Assembly: GCA_045588245.1 (NCBI GenBank)
Contig: JAZNDW010000028.1
Span: 18,094-82,093, forward strand
DNA from: Eubacteriales bacterium
GTDB lineage: Bacteria; Bacillota; Clostridia; Oscillospirales; CAG-272
Reading direction: 5' to 3'
Length of the DNA stretch: 64,000 nucleotides
Under the pieces are notes generated by a model. That model ran no database searches and had not been told where the DNA came from. It saw only the letters and a program-made list of their open reading frames with translations. Positions 54,697-62,927 of the stretch are shown in pieces (position 1 is the stretch's first letter; every line of letters starts with the position of its first letter). Position numbers and translations under genes: made by a program.

Positions 54697-55431
54697 TTAT
54701 ATGGGTTTTTCATTTTCGGCGCAAGGGCGCGCATTGGGGAAGAAATCATTGAGCAGTATCGTCAGAAGGTGCAGGTCCCCCGGATACGTGATCTTTAGAT
54801 TCAAAACCTCGGAGTGAACGATCTTCATCGGAATATTATGCTCCATTGCGATTGCACCGGCAGAGGTCATAGCCTCAAGCTCGGCTTCATCGGCACCGCA
54901 GTAAATGCCGTAAATCGCACCAAAGCGGAATGCTTCGGGCGATGCACCCGAAACTATGCGCTGACGGGGAACGACGCGTTCGATGAATTCCTCCTCTGTC
55001 GTCATGTAAACCGTGTCATACTGTGCCTGTCCCAGCGTTGCACCGCCGTATTCGTTAACGGCGTTGATGATCTTTGCAACACCGTTTTTATCGCAGTAAG
55101 GATGCGTTGCATCGTGAATGAGCACGACGTCATCTTTCTTAGCCCAGTCCTTCATCGCGCAAAGTCCGTTTTTGACGGAGCTTGAACGGTTCGGACCGCC
55201 CTTCGTTATCGCGGCGACTTTGTCAGCACCGAGCCATTCGGACCACGCTCTAACGTATTCGATCCAGCTTTCGTGCGAAACGATAACGATCTTGTCTATG
55301 GAATCGCAATTCTGATGTGCTTCGAGAATGTATGAGAAAATAGGGCGGTTGTGCAGCTCAATGTACTGCTTTGGTACGTCGGCACCGAGTCTTGTTCCGC
55401 TGCCGCCCATCATAAGTAAAAGAATGTTCAT
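54697..55431 (-). CDS. IspD/TarI-family cytidylyltransferase (alditol-phosphate cytidylyltransferase)
   Basis: N-terminal LLMMGGSGTRLGADVPKQY (GxGxRxxxxxPKQ), plus VLIHDATHP and KITYPGDL motifs. Confidence 0.8.
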   Translation of the reverse strand: MNILLLMMGGSGTRLGADVPKQYIELHNRPIFSYILEAHQNCDSIDKIVIVSHESWIEYVRAWSEWLGADKVAAITKGGPNRSSSVKNGLCAMKDWAKKDDVVLIHDATHPYCDKNGVAKIINAVNEYGGATLGQAQYDTVYMTTEEEFIERVVPRQRIVSGASPEAFRFGAIYGIYCGADEAELEAMTSAGAIAMEHNIPMKIVHSEVLNLKITYPGDLHLLTILLNDFFPNARPCAENEKPI

Positions 55432-55452
55432 TGTGTCCTCCGTAACTTAGCT

Positions 55453-56784
55453 TTAAGAAAAATGATAACGGTTGATGACGTAATTCGTCTTTGTTGCGTA
55501 GTTATATTCCTCAATAACGTCGATGATATGGCTCTTCACGAGCTCGCGCGCATCGGGACTGAGCATACCCTCACGCACCATGATGTATTGGTTAGGTAAA
55601 AACTGACGTAACAGACCGTGAGGAATTCTGCGGCTGTTGATGTTTGCAAAAAGTTTTTCAATAGCATCGTTTACGCGTTTGTCGGGATAATAATAACGTG
55701 AGCGGTCTGAAAGCGAATATTGACGCTTCAGATGAAGCTCAAGTTCGCTGCCGCGATAGTATTTGCGCCAATGGCGGTCATCTTCGAGCATAACTTCTTC
55801 GAGAACTTCGCGGAAATGAGACTGATCGTCATAGGGGAAGAGCTGTTCTTCGATCATGTTGAGCGCGAAAAGTGCTTCGCGCAGCGCGTATGTGAGTGCG
55901 GGACCGACCTTCAGTATGGCGATACCGTCGGCTACCATTTCGCGCAGGTGGAAAATGGGCTGATAGTCGGTCGAGTGTCCCTCCATAACGAGGGAAGGGT
56001 GCTTTCTGACGGCTTCGCAAAGTTCGCTCGTTTTGAGTCTGTTGTAGCAAGCAATGTTTTCGTTGCCGAACTCAACGCCGGGCTGAACGACGATGCCGAC
56101 GACGTTTTCCATGGCGTTAGGCATGCCTAATTTTTCAAATTCCGCCGTGTAAGCATTAAGCGTTGCTTCAAGGTCTTCAACTCGTGTGACGGAAATAGTG
56201 TCATCCTCGTTTTGCTCACCTCCGGGGATCGGAACCTCGCTTCCGATGATGTAAACGGGACGTACCTCGGCGTGATTATTTTCAAGAAGCTTAAAATACT
56301 CCTCCTCACAGGCGCGGTACAGACGTGCTCCGCGGCGGGCTATCGTTGAAAGCAGAAGCGGCTTGTCCCTCGGGTCGTCTGCCAGACGCATACTCGTGTC
56401 AAGGTGGATCTTTTTGTATCCTGCGGCAACATACTCACGGACGAGCGCTTCGGCTTTTTCCATAGCAACATCTTCTTTTTCTTTATACCACGGAAGCGGA
56501 CCGAGATGGTCTCCTCCCAAAATGACACCGGATTTCGGGAAGTTCACTCTGTCAGCGATCTCATATACCATATCTCTAAAGTCGGCAGGACGCATGCCCG
56601 TGTATCCGCCGAGCTGATTTACCTGATTGGCGGTAGCTTCGATAAGGATACTGTCGTTAAAACGAACGCCTTGCTGTAGGCAGGCTTCAATGACGATCGG
56701 GTTGGCGGTGCAGAAAGACGGAATACCGCAGGATATTCCGCGCTGACGTTTTTCGATTATATTTCGGATAAAATTGTTATTCAT
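55453..56784 (-). CDS. GatZ/KbaZ-family protein (tagatose-bisphosphate aldolase non-catalytic subunit / tagatose-6-phosphate 4-epimerase family)
   Basis: 443 aa. The N-terminus GIPSFCTANPIVIEACLQQG...ILIEATANQVNQLGGYTGMRPADF...ILGGDHLGPLPW is characteristic of the GatZ/KbaZ family. No GatY/KbaY-type class II aldolase gene is present in the window. Confidence 0.75.
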   Translation of the reverse strand: MNNNFIRNIIEKRQRGISCGIPSFCTANPIVIEACLQQGVRFNDSILIEATANQVNQLGGYTGMRPADFRDMVYEIADRVNFPKSGVILGGDHLGPLPWYKEKEDVAMEKAEALVREYVAAGYKKIHLDTSMRLADDPRDKPLLLSTIARRGARLYRACEEEYFKLLENNHAEVRPVYIIGSEVPIPGGEQNEDDTISVTRVEDLEATLNAYTAEFEKLGMPNAMENVVGIVVQPGVEFGNENIACYNRLKTSELCEAVRKHPSLVMEGHSTDYQPIFHLREMVADGIAILKVGPALTYALREALFALNMIEEQLFPYDDQSHFREVLEEVMLEDDRHWRKYYRGSELELHLKRQYSLSDRSRYYYPDKRVNDAIEKLFANINSRRIPHGLLRQFLPNQYIMVREGMLSPDARELVKSHIIDVIEEYNYATKTNYVINRYHFS

Positions 56785-56836
56785 AATAATGTGTAGTCCT
56801 CTCTTGTATGCCGCAAAATTATAGCGGCGTCAAATA

Positions 56837-57616
56837 TCATTTGTTGATCTTACGGTATTTGTTAACGCTTCGTACAACGTAGCAAAGCCAGCTTTTTACT
56901 GCTGTTGGAATGCCGATGCCGGCTTTGATGTACGTTTTGAACGTTCTTTTGGCGGCGCGCAGCTTGTTTGACGAAAGTGAAGATGCGCCGACTCGGTATA
57001 TCAAAAGCGGCTGATCTATACCCGTCGCAGTAACATTTCGATCGCGCAGTATGCGGATCCATGCGGCGTAGTCCTCGCAGATCTCGTTGTCGGTTTCGGT
57101 GAAGCATCCATCGAGCAAATCTCGTTTTATAAGAACCGACGAGCACGAGATTATGTTCTGCTTCAATATTTCGGAGTACGATACTGTCGGCGGCACGTGA
57201 AGAATGTCTCCGATAACGTCACCGTTGGCATTGATGAAAGAAGACGCCGAAAAAACGAAATCCGAACTGTGAGCTATAGCGGCATCGAGCTGTAACGAGA
57301 GCTTTTCGGGCAACCACAAGTCGTCGCTGTCAAGAAACGCTATCCATTCGCCTGCGGCACGGTCGATAGCATGCCGACGCGCAGCGGCGGCTGAGTGACA
57401 GTCCGTCATCTGATAAACTCGGATGCGGCTGTCGGCTGCAGATTCAGCCAACGCGACAGAGTAGGTGCCGTCGGATGAGCCGTTGTCGACGATAATGAGT
57501 TCCCAGTCCGTATACGTCTGACGTTTTGCCGCCCCGATTGCTTCGGTGATGTAATTTTCGCAGTTCAGAGCAGGCATAACGATGCTGACGTGCGGAGACT
57601 TTTTTTCGTTTTGCAT
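56837..57616 (-). CDS. Family 2 glycosyltransferase, first gene of the glycopolymer operon
   Basis: Motifs VSIVMPALNCENYI, LIIVDNGSSDGT and FLDSDDLW (DxD). The start at the ATG at 57616 (GGAG upstream) is preferred over the 21-codon extension in the ORF track. Confidence 0.85.
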   Translation of the reverse strand: MQNEKKSPHVSIVMPALNCENYITEAIGAAKRQTYTDWELIIVDNGSSDGTYSVALAESAADSRIRVYQMTDCHSAAAARRHAIDRAAGEWIAFLDSDDLWLPEKLSLQLDAAIAHSSDFVFSASSFINANGDVIGDILHVPPTVSYSEILKQNIISCSSVLIKRDLLDGCFTETDNEICEDYAAWIRILRDRNVTATGIDQPLLIYRVGASSLSSNKLRAAKRTFKTYIKAGIGIPTAVKSWLCYVVRSVNKYRKINK

Positions 57617-57857
57617 TGGCTTCTCCTTCGTAATAATACTCCCAAAAAAATCGGAAGATAGAAACGCATAATCCACCACGTTACAATTAAAATCATTTTA
57701 TCATACATTATAATAAAATGCAAGGAAATTTGACTTTTATCGCGCAAGATGAGCACGCTCACAACGCGCCGTAAGTAAGATTCAACATAATATATTTGAA
57801 ATGTTTGTACAGATTCAATATTATTCATGAACGAAATGAAAACAACGCAACTTTTAC

Positions 57858-57886
57858 TTGCTGTTTTCGACATAATGTGGTATAAT
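57858..57886 (+). promoter_or_regulatory. Candidate sigma-A promoter for the priming phosphoglycosyltransferase gene
   Basis: TTGCTG (57858-57863), a 17-nt spacer ending in TGg, then TATAAT (57881-57886). This leaves a leader of about 100 nt. Confidence 0.5.
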
Positions 57887-57994
57887 CAGCCCGAATAAAC
57901 CGTTATTTGCATGAAGTGTTGCTAATTAAAGTTGCGTTTTTTGCGAAGACGGAGAACACTATGTTATCAGTCAAAGGAATGTTGATAGAATATC

Positions 57995-59428
57995 ATGAGT
58001 GGAAAAAATAAAATCGAGCGTGAAAACACAAAAGGAATCGTCCGAAGTCTGGAAAGCCTGCTTGAAGTAGCGATACTTACGGTGATGTATTACATCATCT
58101 GGCGGGTGGGGTACGGTGCCGACGGATTCCCGGCGTATTCACATAACGGTAAATATGTCCTGATGGGACTGTATGCGTTTTTAACGTATTTATTGTTTGA
58201 AAACATGGATGGTTTCATGTTCGGCAATCTACGGAAAACCGACCTGATAATCACTCAGATAATTGCGATCTTTATGGTGAATTTTATCACCTATTTTCAG
58301 CTTTGCCTGATAGCAAATGCGCTTATCAGCCCGATTCCGATGCTTATTCTTTTTGCGGTTGACGTGATAATGGAGATAGCATTTGTTTATCTTTACGTTT
58401 CGATCTATTATCAGCTGTATGCACCGCATAACATGATAATGGTTTTCGGAACGGATAATGCTATGGTGCTCAAGGTAAAGATGGACACCAGACGCGACAA
58501 ATATAAAATCAAAAAGCTTATTAATGTCGACGAAGGCTTCGATAAGATCATCGGTGAGATCGTTAAATATGATGCCGTGGTTATCAACGACGTGCCTACG
58601 CAAATCAGAAATGATATTTTGAAGTTCTGCTATAAAAATCGCATCCGTGCCTATGTCGTTCCGAAAATTTCGGACGTACTCATGCGTGGCGCACGTGACA
58701 TTTCACTGTTTGATACGCCTATCGTTATGGTAAAAGGAACGGGTCTGACGGTCAGCCAGCGTTTCTGCAAGCGGCTATTTGACATCGTTATGAGTCTATT
58801 CATAATGGTGCCGATCCTTCCTGTAATGTTAATTATCTCAATAGCTATTAGGATCGAGGATGGAGGTCCTGCCTTCTATAAGCAGGAACGTGTCACCGTT
58901 GGCGGAAAGCCGTTCCAGATACTCAAATTCCGCAGCATGATAGTCAATGCCGAACAGCTCCACGGAGCCGTTATGGCAACGGATAACGATCCCAGAATCA
59001 CAAAGGTCGGACGTTTTATACGCGCGACCCGTCTTGACGAGCTGCCTCAGATATTCAATATTTTTATGGGCGACATGAGTTTTGTCGGTCCGCGTCCCGA
59101 ACGCACTGAGTACGCCGAGAGATATCTTGACGATATTCCCGAATTTGATTACCGACTCAAGGTAAAGGGCGGACTTACGGGGTACGCTCAGGTCTACGGT
59201 AAATATAACACCAGTGCATACGATAAGCTTCGTCTTGACTTGATGTATATTGAAAATTATTCATTCTGGCTTGATATGAAGCTGATCCTTTTGACGCTTC
59301 GAATCATTTTTATCAAATCGAGCACCGAAGGGGTCGATAAGGCTGCTGAAAACGGTAGGATCGCCGTTGAGATCGCGGATAAAGTGAAACATGAACATGA
59401 CATCGACAGCGGCGAAGAGAAAGTATAA
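57995..59428 (+). CDS. Polyprenyl-phosphate hexose-1-phosphate transferase (large WbaP/CpsE-type priming phosphoglycosyltransferase)
   Basis: N-terminal TM bundle and a central nucleotide-binding-like domain. The C-terminal catalytic domain has KRLFDIVMS, FYKQERVTVGGKPFQILKFRSM, DELPQIFNIFMGDMSFVGPRPE and YIENYSFWLDMKLIL. Confidence 0.85.
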   Translation: MSGKNKIERENTKGIVRSLESLLEVAILTVMYYIIWRVGYGADGFPAYSHNGKYVLMGLYAFLTYLLFENMDGFMFGNLRKTDLIITQIIAIFMVNFITYFQLCLIANALISPIPMLILFAVDVIMEIAFVYLYVSIYYQLYAPHNMIMVFGTDNAMVLKVKMDTRRDKYKIKKLINVDEGFDKIIGEIVKYDAVVINDVPTQIRNDILKFCYKNRIRAYVVPKISDVLMRGARDISLFDTPIVMVKGTGLTVSQRFCKRLFDIVMSLFIMVPILPVMLIISIAIRIEDGGPAFYKQERVTVGGKPFQILKFRSMIVNAEQLHGAVMATDNDPRITKVGRFIRATRLDELPQIFNIFMGDMSFVGPRPERTEYAERYLDDIPEFDYRLKVKGGLTGYAQVYGKYNTSAYDKLRLDLMYIENYSFWLDMKLILLTLRIIFIKSSTEGVDKAAENGRIAVEIADKVKHEHDIDSGEEKV

Positions 59429-59438
59429 AACAAACGTT

Positions 59439-59473
59439 AAGGCATCCGAGTATGTTTCGGATGCCTTTTTTTG
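59439..59473 (+). terminator. Rho-independent terminator after the priming transferase gene
   Basis: Stem AAGGCATCCGA (59439-59449) pairs with TCGGATGCCTT (59457-59467), followed by TTTTTT. Confidence 0.85.
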
Positions 59474-59479
59474 TTGTAT

Positions 59480-59509
59480 TTGACATTTTACGTCAAAATA
59501 TTATATAAT
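59480..59509 (+). promoter_or_regulatory. Near-consensus sigma-A promoter for the discoidin-domain protein gene
   Basis: TTGACA (59480-59485), an 18-nt spacer, then TATAAT (59504-59509). Confidence 0.55.
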
Positions 59510-59545
59510 ATCGTATAACGAAAATCATTTGTCGTGAGGATGATC

Positions 59546-60664
59546 ATGAAACGGGCAGTTACGGTGACTTCAGTGATAATAATGCTATTAATAACGGTGA
59601 CTTTTTCAGCTTATGCCCGCGCGGACAAAAATGTAAACGTAGCACCGGATGCGAAGATAGATGCGCCCGAATGTAAAGCGGAAGCATCTGTATCTGCGCT
59701 GTGCGACGGAAAGTACCCCGATGTTTCTTATCAACAAACAGCGTACGACTGCTATAATTCCCACGATTATTTGGGACCGCTACCGTCGGTGGATGATTAC
59801 GCCGCATATGATAACGTCGAAACGATTACGTTTACATGGGAAAACGACGTGACTGTCGGGTCGGTGCATATAGTATTCGTGTGTACGGCACCGACACGCG
59901 AAGTCTGGTGTATGTTCGGCGGTGCGGATGCGCCTGCGTATTATGAGATCGAATATTTGTCAAACGGAGAGTATGTGTCCGTTGTCGGTGACGGATACGG
60001 TGTTGCACGTGACACGGTAAATGTTACGGAGTTTGATACAGTTACGACTCGATCGATCCGCATAACGATGACGAAGCTCACCGATGCCGAACGGGTGTCT
60101 TATGTAGACGGCGAAGCTGCTGTGATCAACGGCGGTCCTGAGGGGCTTGTGTACCGTTATCTCGGAATCGGAGTTGCTGAAATAATGGTGTATACGGCAG
60201 AGCCGAATGAAACTCCGACATTGACGGAAACGAACGCGATCGAAACGGGAAAGCACGAAACAACACCTGAGCAAACAACCAAGGCACCCGAAAAAGAAAC
60301 GACTAAAGATACGACCAAAGATACAGAAAAAGAAACGGATGCTCCTATACAGACGAGCGACGTTGACACAGATCCCGATGCGCCAGAGGTGACAACTGAT
60401 ACTGATGGTGACGGAACGGTTGCCGACACAATTGAAACGGCAGACACTGAGACCGAAAGTGACGAAGCGACGGAAACTGTGACCGATACAAGCGAAAACC
60501 ATACGTCGGCTCACGATACGCTCTATCTTAACGACGGATCGGCATTTGACGATGGCGGTTACGGGGTGCTATGGCATTCGTGGTACATTATTGCGGCAAT
60601 TGCCGCGGCTTTAATTGCTGTAGCTGCTGTTACAGTTATTCTGTTAAAGTACAAAAAATATTGA
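59546..60664 (+). CDS. Secreted, C-terminally membrane-anchored protein with an F5/8 type C (discoidin)-like domain and an acidic T/E/D linker
   Basis: Signal peptide (VTSVIIMLLITVTFSAYA). Discoidin-like block ETITFTWENDVTVGSVHIVF...YYEIEYLSNGEYVSV...TTRSIRITMTK...GVAEIMVY. About 120 aa of T/E/D/K-rich low complexity follow. C-terminal TM segment IIAAIAAALIAVAAVTVILL then KYKKY. The ORF track starts at GTG 59534; the ATG at 59546 has a better RBS spacing. Confidence 0.65.
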   Translation: MKRAVTVTSVIIMLLITVTFSAYARADKNVNVAPDAKIDAPECKAEASVSALCDGKYPDVSYQQTAYDCYNSHDYLGPLPSVDDYAAYDNVETITFTWENDVTVGSVHIVFVCTAPTREVWCMFGGADAPAYYEIEYLSNGEYVSVVGDGYGVARDTVNVTEFDTVTTRSIRITMTKLTDAERVSYVDGEAAVINGGPEGLVYRYLGIGVAEIMVYTAEPNETPTLTETNAIETGKHETTPEQTTKAPEKETTKDTTKDTEKETDAPIQTSDVDTDPDAPEVTTDTDGDGTVADTIETADTETESDEATETVTDTSENHTSAHDTLYLNDGSAFDDGGYGVLWHSWYIIAAIAAALIAVAAVTVILLKYKKY

Positions 60665-60669
60665 TAAAA

Positions 60670-60703
60670 ATAGCCGACAGACATCGAAATGTCTGTCGGC
60701 TAT
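60670..60703. terminator. Bidirectional rho-independent terminator between the discoidin-domain gene and the convergent MATE gene
   Basis: Stem ATAGCCGACAGACAT (60670-60684) pairs with ATGTCTGTCGGCTAT (60689-60703), loop CGAA. Confidence 0.85.
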
Positions 60704-60716
60704 TCAATGTGAGCTT

Positions 60717-62102
60717 TTATTTGTTTGTTATTTTGTGCCGTCGAGCTTCCCAATCGGAGAATCGATAATAGAGAAAAATCAAAACGGAACAAAGAACCCA
60801 GCCTGCAGGGTACGCAAACGTGATGACCATGACGGAATCTGTGATACGGGAAAAGACGTAAAGATAAAGCTGTCGGAACAGAACGAAAGAAGAAAGCATA
60901 ATAATCATAGGGGCGCATGTGTCGCCGGCACCGCGAAGAACGCCTGCAATCGTCTGATTGACGGTGCAGAGCAGATAGAAAGGTGAAATAAAGTGCAAGA
61001 ACAGCGTGCCGTATTCAATAACTCCGGGGTCGTCATTGAAGAATGCGACGAGATGGGGGGCGAAAATCATTATCGGAAGCAAAATCGCCGCAGTGATGAC
61101 GCATGAAACGGATATACCGACGCGTACACCGAGCCGTGCGCGGTCTGAATTTCCTGCCCCGAAGTTCTGACCTGCGAAGGTTGTGACGGAGAGGGAAATG
61201 CTCTGCATCGGAAGCATGGCGAATGCGTCGATCTTATTATATGCAGACCAGCCCGCCATGCAGTTGGTGTTGAATTTGTTTATGTATGACTGAACGAAAA
61301 CGTTTGAAAAGGATGTTATCGCCATCTGGAACGCGGCGGGTACTCCTATAACAAAAATCTGCTTGAAGATCTGTGAAGAGAAAGTGATGCGGTTCCATCT
61401 TATGCGATAAGGGGCGTTTTTGAACGTCAGCACCGAGATAACGAATATCGCCGAGAGCGCTTGTGCTATAACGGTTGCCCATGCAACGCCTTCGACACCC
61501 ATATCAAAGCCGAGAACGAACCATAGGTCAAGAGCTATGTTAACCGAAGCTGATATGATCAGTGTGATCAACGGCATAACGGAGTTTCCTACGGCACGGA
61601 GTATGCCTGCACCGATGTTATATAGCATCAGTCCCGAGATTCCGGAAAAATAGATGCGGAGATAACGCGAAGCTTCGCCGAAAACGTCATCCGGAGTATC
61701 CATGATCCGCAACATATACGGCGCATAATAATAACCTGCGACGGAAAAGAGAAGGCACATTACCAAAGTCATAATGAGCGCGGTGTGTACCGTGTCTGAA
61801 AGCCGTTTATCATCCTTGGCGCCGGTATATTGGCTGATAACGACACCTGCTCCCGTTGCAAAACCTGCGAAAGTTCCTATTGCGGTATTGATGATGGGAC
61901 CGACGCTGCCAACGGCGGCAAAGGCTTCTTTGCTGACGTAATTTCCGACGACGTATGAGTCTACGGTGTTGTAAAGCTGTTGAAAAAGGTTGCCGATTAG
62001 CAGAGGAATGGCGAAGAGGAGCAGCTGATGGAGTATGTTTCCCTCTGTCATATCGATGTCGGTGCGCCTTGTGAAAAGTCGGCGCAAAATGTTGACCTGC
62101 AT
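60717..62102 (-). CDS. MATE-family efflux transporter
   Basis: 461 aa with 12 TM segments. N-terminal MTEGNILHQLLLFAIPLLIGNLFQQLYNTVDSYVVG is the typical NorM/DinF-type MATE signature. Confidence 0.88.
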   Translation of the reverse strand: MQVNILRRLFTRRTDIDMTEGNILHQLLLFAIPLLIGNLFQQLYNTVDSYVVGNYVSKEAFAAVGSVGPIINTAIGTFAGFATGAGVVISQYTGAKDDKRLSDTVHTALIMTLVMCLLFSVAGYYYAPYMLRIMDTPDDVFGEASRYLRIYFSGISGLMLYNIGAGILRAVGNSVMPLITLIISASVNIALDLWFVLGFDMGVEGVAWATVIAQALSAIFVISVLTFKNAPYRIRWNRITFSSQIFKQIFVIGVPAAFQMAITSFSNVFVQSYINKFNTNCMAGWSAYNKIDAFAMLPMQSISLSVTTFAGQNFGAGNSDRARLGVRVGISVSCVITAAILLPIMIFAPHLVAFFNDDPGVIEYGTLFLHFISPFYLLCTVNQTIAGVLRGAGDTCAPMIIMLSSFVLFRQLYLYVFSRITDSVMVITFAYPAGWVLCSVLIFLYYRFSDWEARRHKITNK

Positions 62103-62144
62103 TTATTATACCCCCAAGCGCGTCACATCGACGCGCATAAACAA

Positions 62145-62173
62145 AGTATACCACAAAAACACAAATTATGCAA
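62145..62173 (-). promoter_or_regulatory. Candidate sigma-A promoter for the second MATE gene
   Basis: The minus strand reads TTGCAT (62168-62173), a 17-nt spacer ending in TGg, then TATACT (62145-62150). Confidence 0.5.
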
Positions 62174-62326
62174 ATGCAAAAATACATATTGGCAAACGCA
62201 GAAAACGTTTTTAAGCGCTTTCGACGTTGAAAATGCAAAAAATCAGTGATAAAATTAAAAAAGGATGTAAGATTTTCCGCCTGCGGCGGAATAATAGAGC
62301 GAATCGATTCGGAGGACTTCGTGCGA

Positions 62327-62896
62327 ATGAGACCTTTAACAGACAAAAAACTGCTTCGTCAGCTCAGGCGTGATCCTGCCTTGGGAATGCGTCAGCTCGC
62401 GGAGGAATATACGGCGCTCGTCGCGTTTATTGTGCGCGGACGGCTCGAATCCGTATGCAGCACAGCACAGATCGAAGAGCTCATATCCGATGTTTTCGTT
62501 GAATTCTACGTCGGACTTGACAGGTTTGATCCTGCACGCGGAACGGTAAAGGCGTATATTTGCGCTATTGCGAAAAATCTCGCCGCGGAGCGCTATGACG
62601 GCTACATAAAGGAATCGGGACGGCTGTCGTTTGACGACGAAAACGTTTCTGAGGAAATATTTATGTCGGAATACTCCGTTCCCGACGAGCTGATCGACGA
62701 CGAGCTGCGGCGCGAGCTGATCGACGCCGTGAACGCTCTCGGCGAGCCGGACCGCGAGATCATAGTCCGTAAGTTTTACTTACGCGAGCCGTCAAAAACG
62801 ATCGCTGCAGCGCTCGGGATGACGGTGTCGGCAGTTGACACAAGAACGCACAGAGCGCTCGGAAAGCTGAAAGAAAAGCTCACGGGCAGGCTGTGA
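62327..62896 (+). CDS. ECF-type RNA polymerase sigma-70 family factor
   Basis: Region 2 context LVAFIVRGRL...ELISDVFVEFYVGLDRFDP. Region 4 HTH REIIVRKFYLREPSKTIAAALGMTVSAVDTRTHRALGKLKE. GGAGGA at 62311-62316 favours a start at ATG 62327 or GTG 62321 rather than the GTG at 62246 in the ORF track. Confidence 0.8.
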   Translation: MRPLTDKKLLRQLRRDPALGMRQLAEEYTALVAFIVRGRLESVCSTAQIEELISDVFVEFYVGLDRFDPARGTVKAYICAIAKNLAAERYDGYIKESGRLSFDDENVSEEIFMSEYSVPDELIDDELRRELIDAVNALGEPDREIIVRKFYLREPSKTIAAALGMTVSAVDTRTHRALGKLKEKLTGRL

Positions 62897-62927
62897 GGAA
62901 AAACTATAATTATTTTTTGGGGGTATT

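Noticed and set aside
53627-56784. Interpretation of the GatZ-like and GatD-like genes as a galactitol/tagatose catabolic cluster.
   Set aside because: No PTS or ABC sugar-uptake genes, no tagatose-6-P kinase and no GatY/KbaY aldolase are nearby. The genes sit inside a glycopolymer operon, immediately flanking a cytidylyltransferase.
62192-62228. ECF-type autoregulatory promoter upstream of the sigma gene (GAAAAC ... CGAC/CGTT).
   Set aside because: The spacing is 15 or 18 nt rather than the usual 16-17, and the -35 lacks the typical G/TGAAC context. It is too weak to call.
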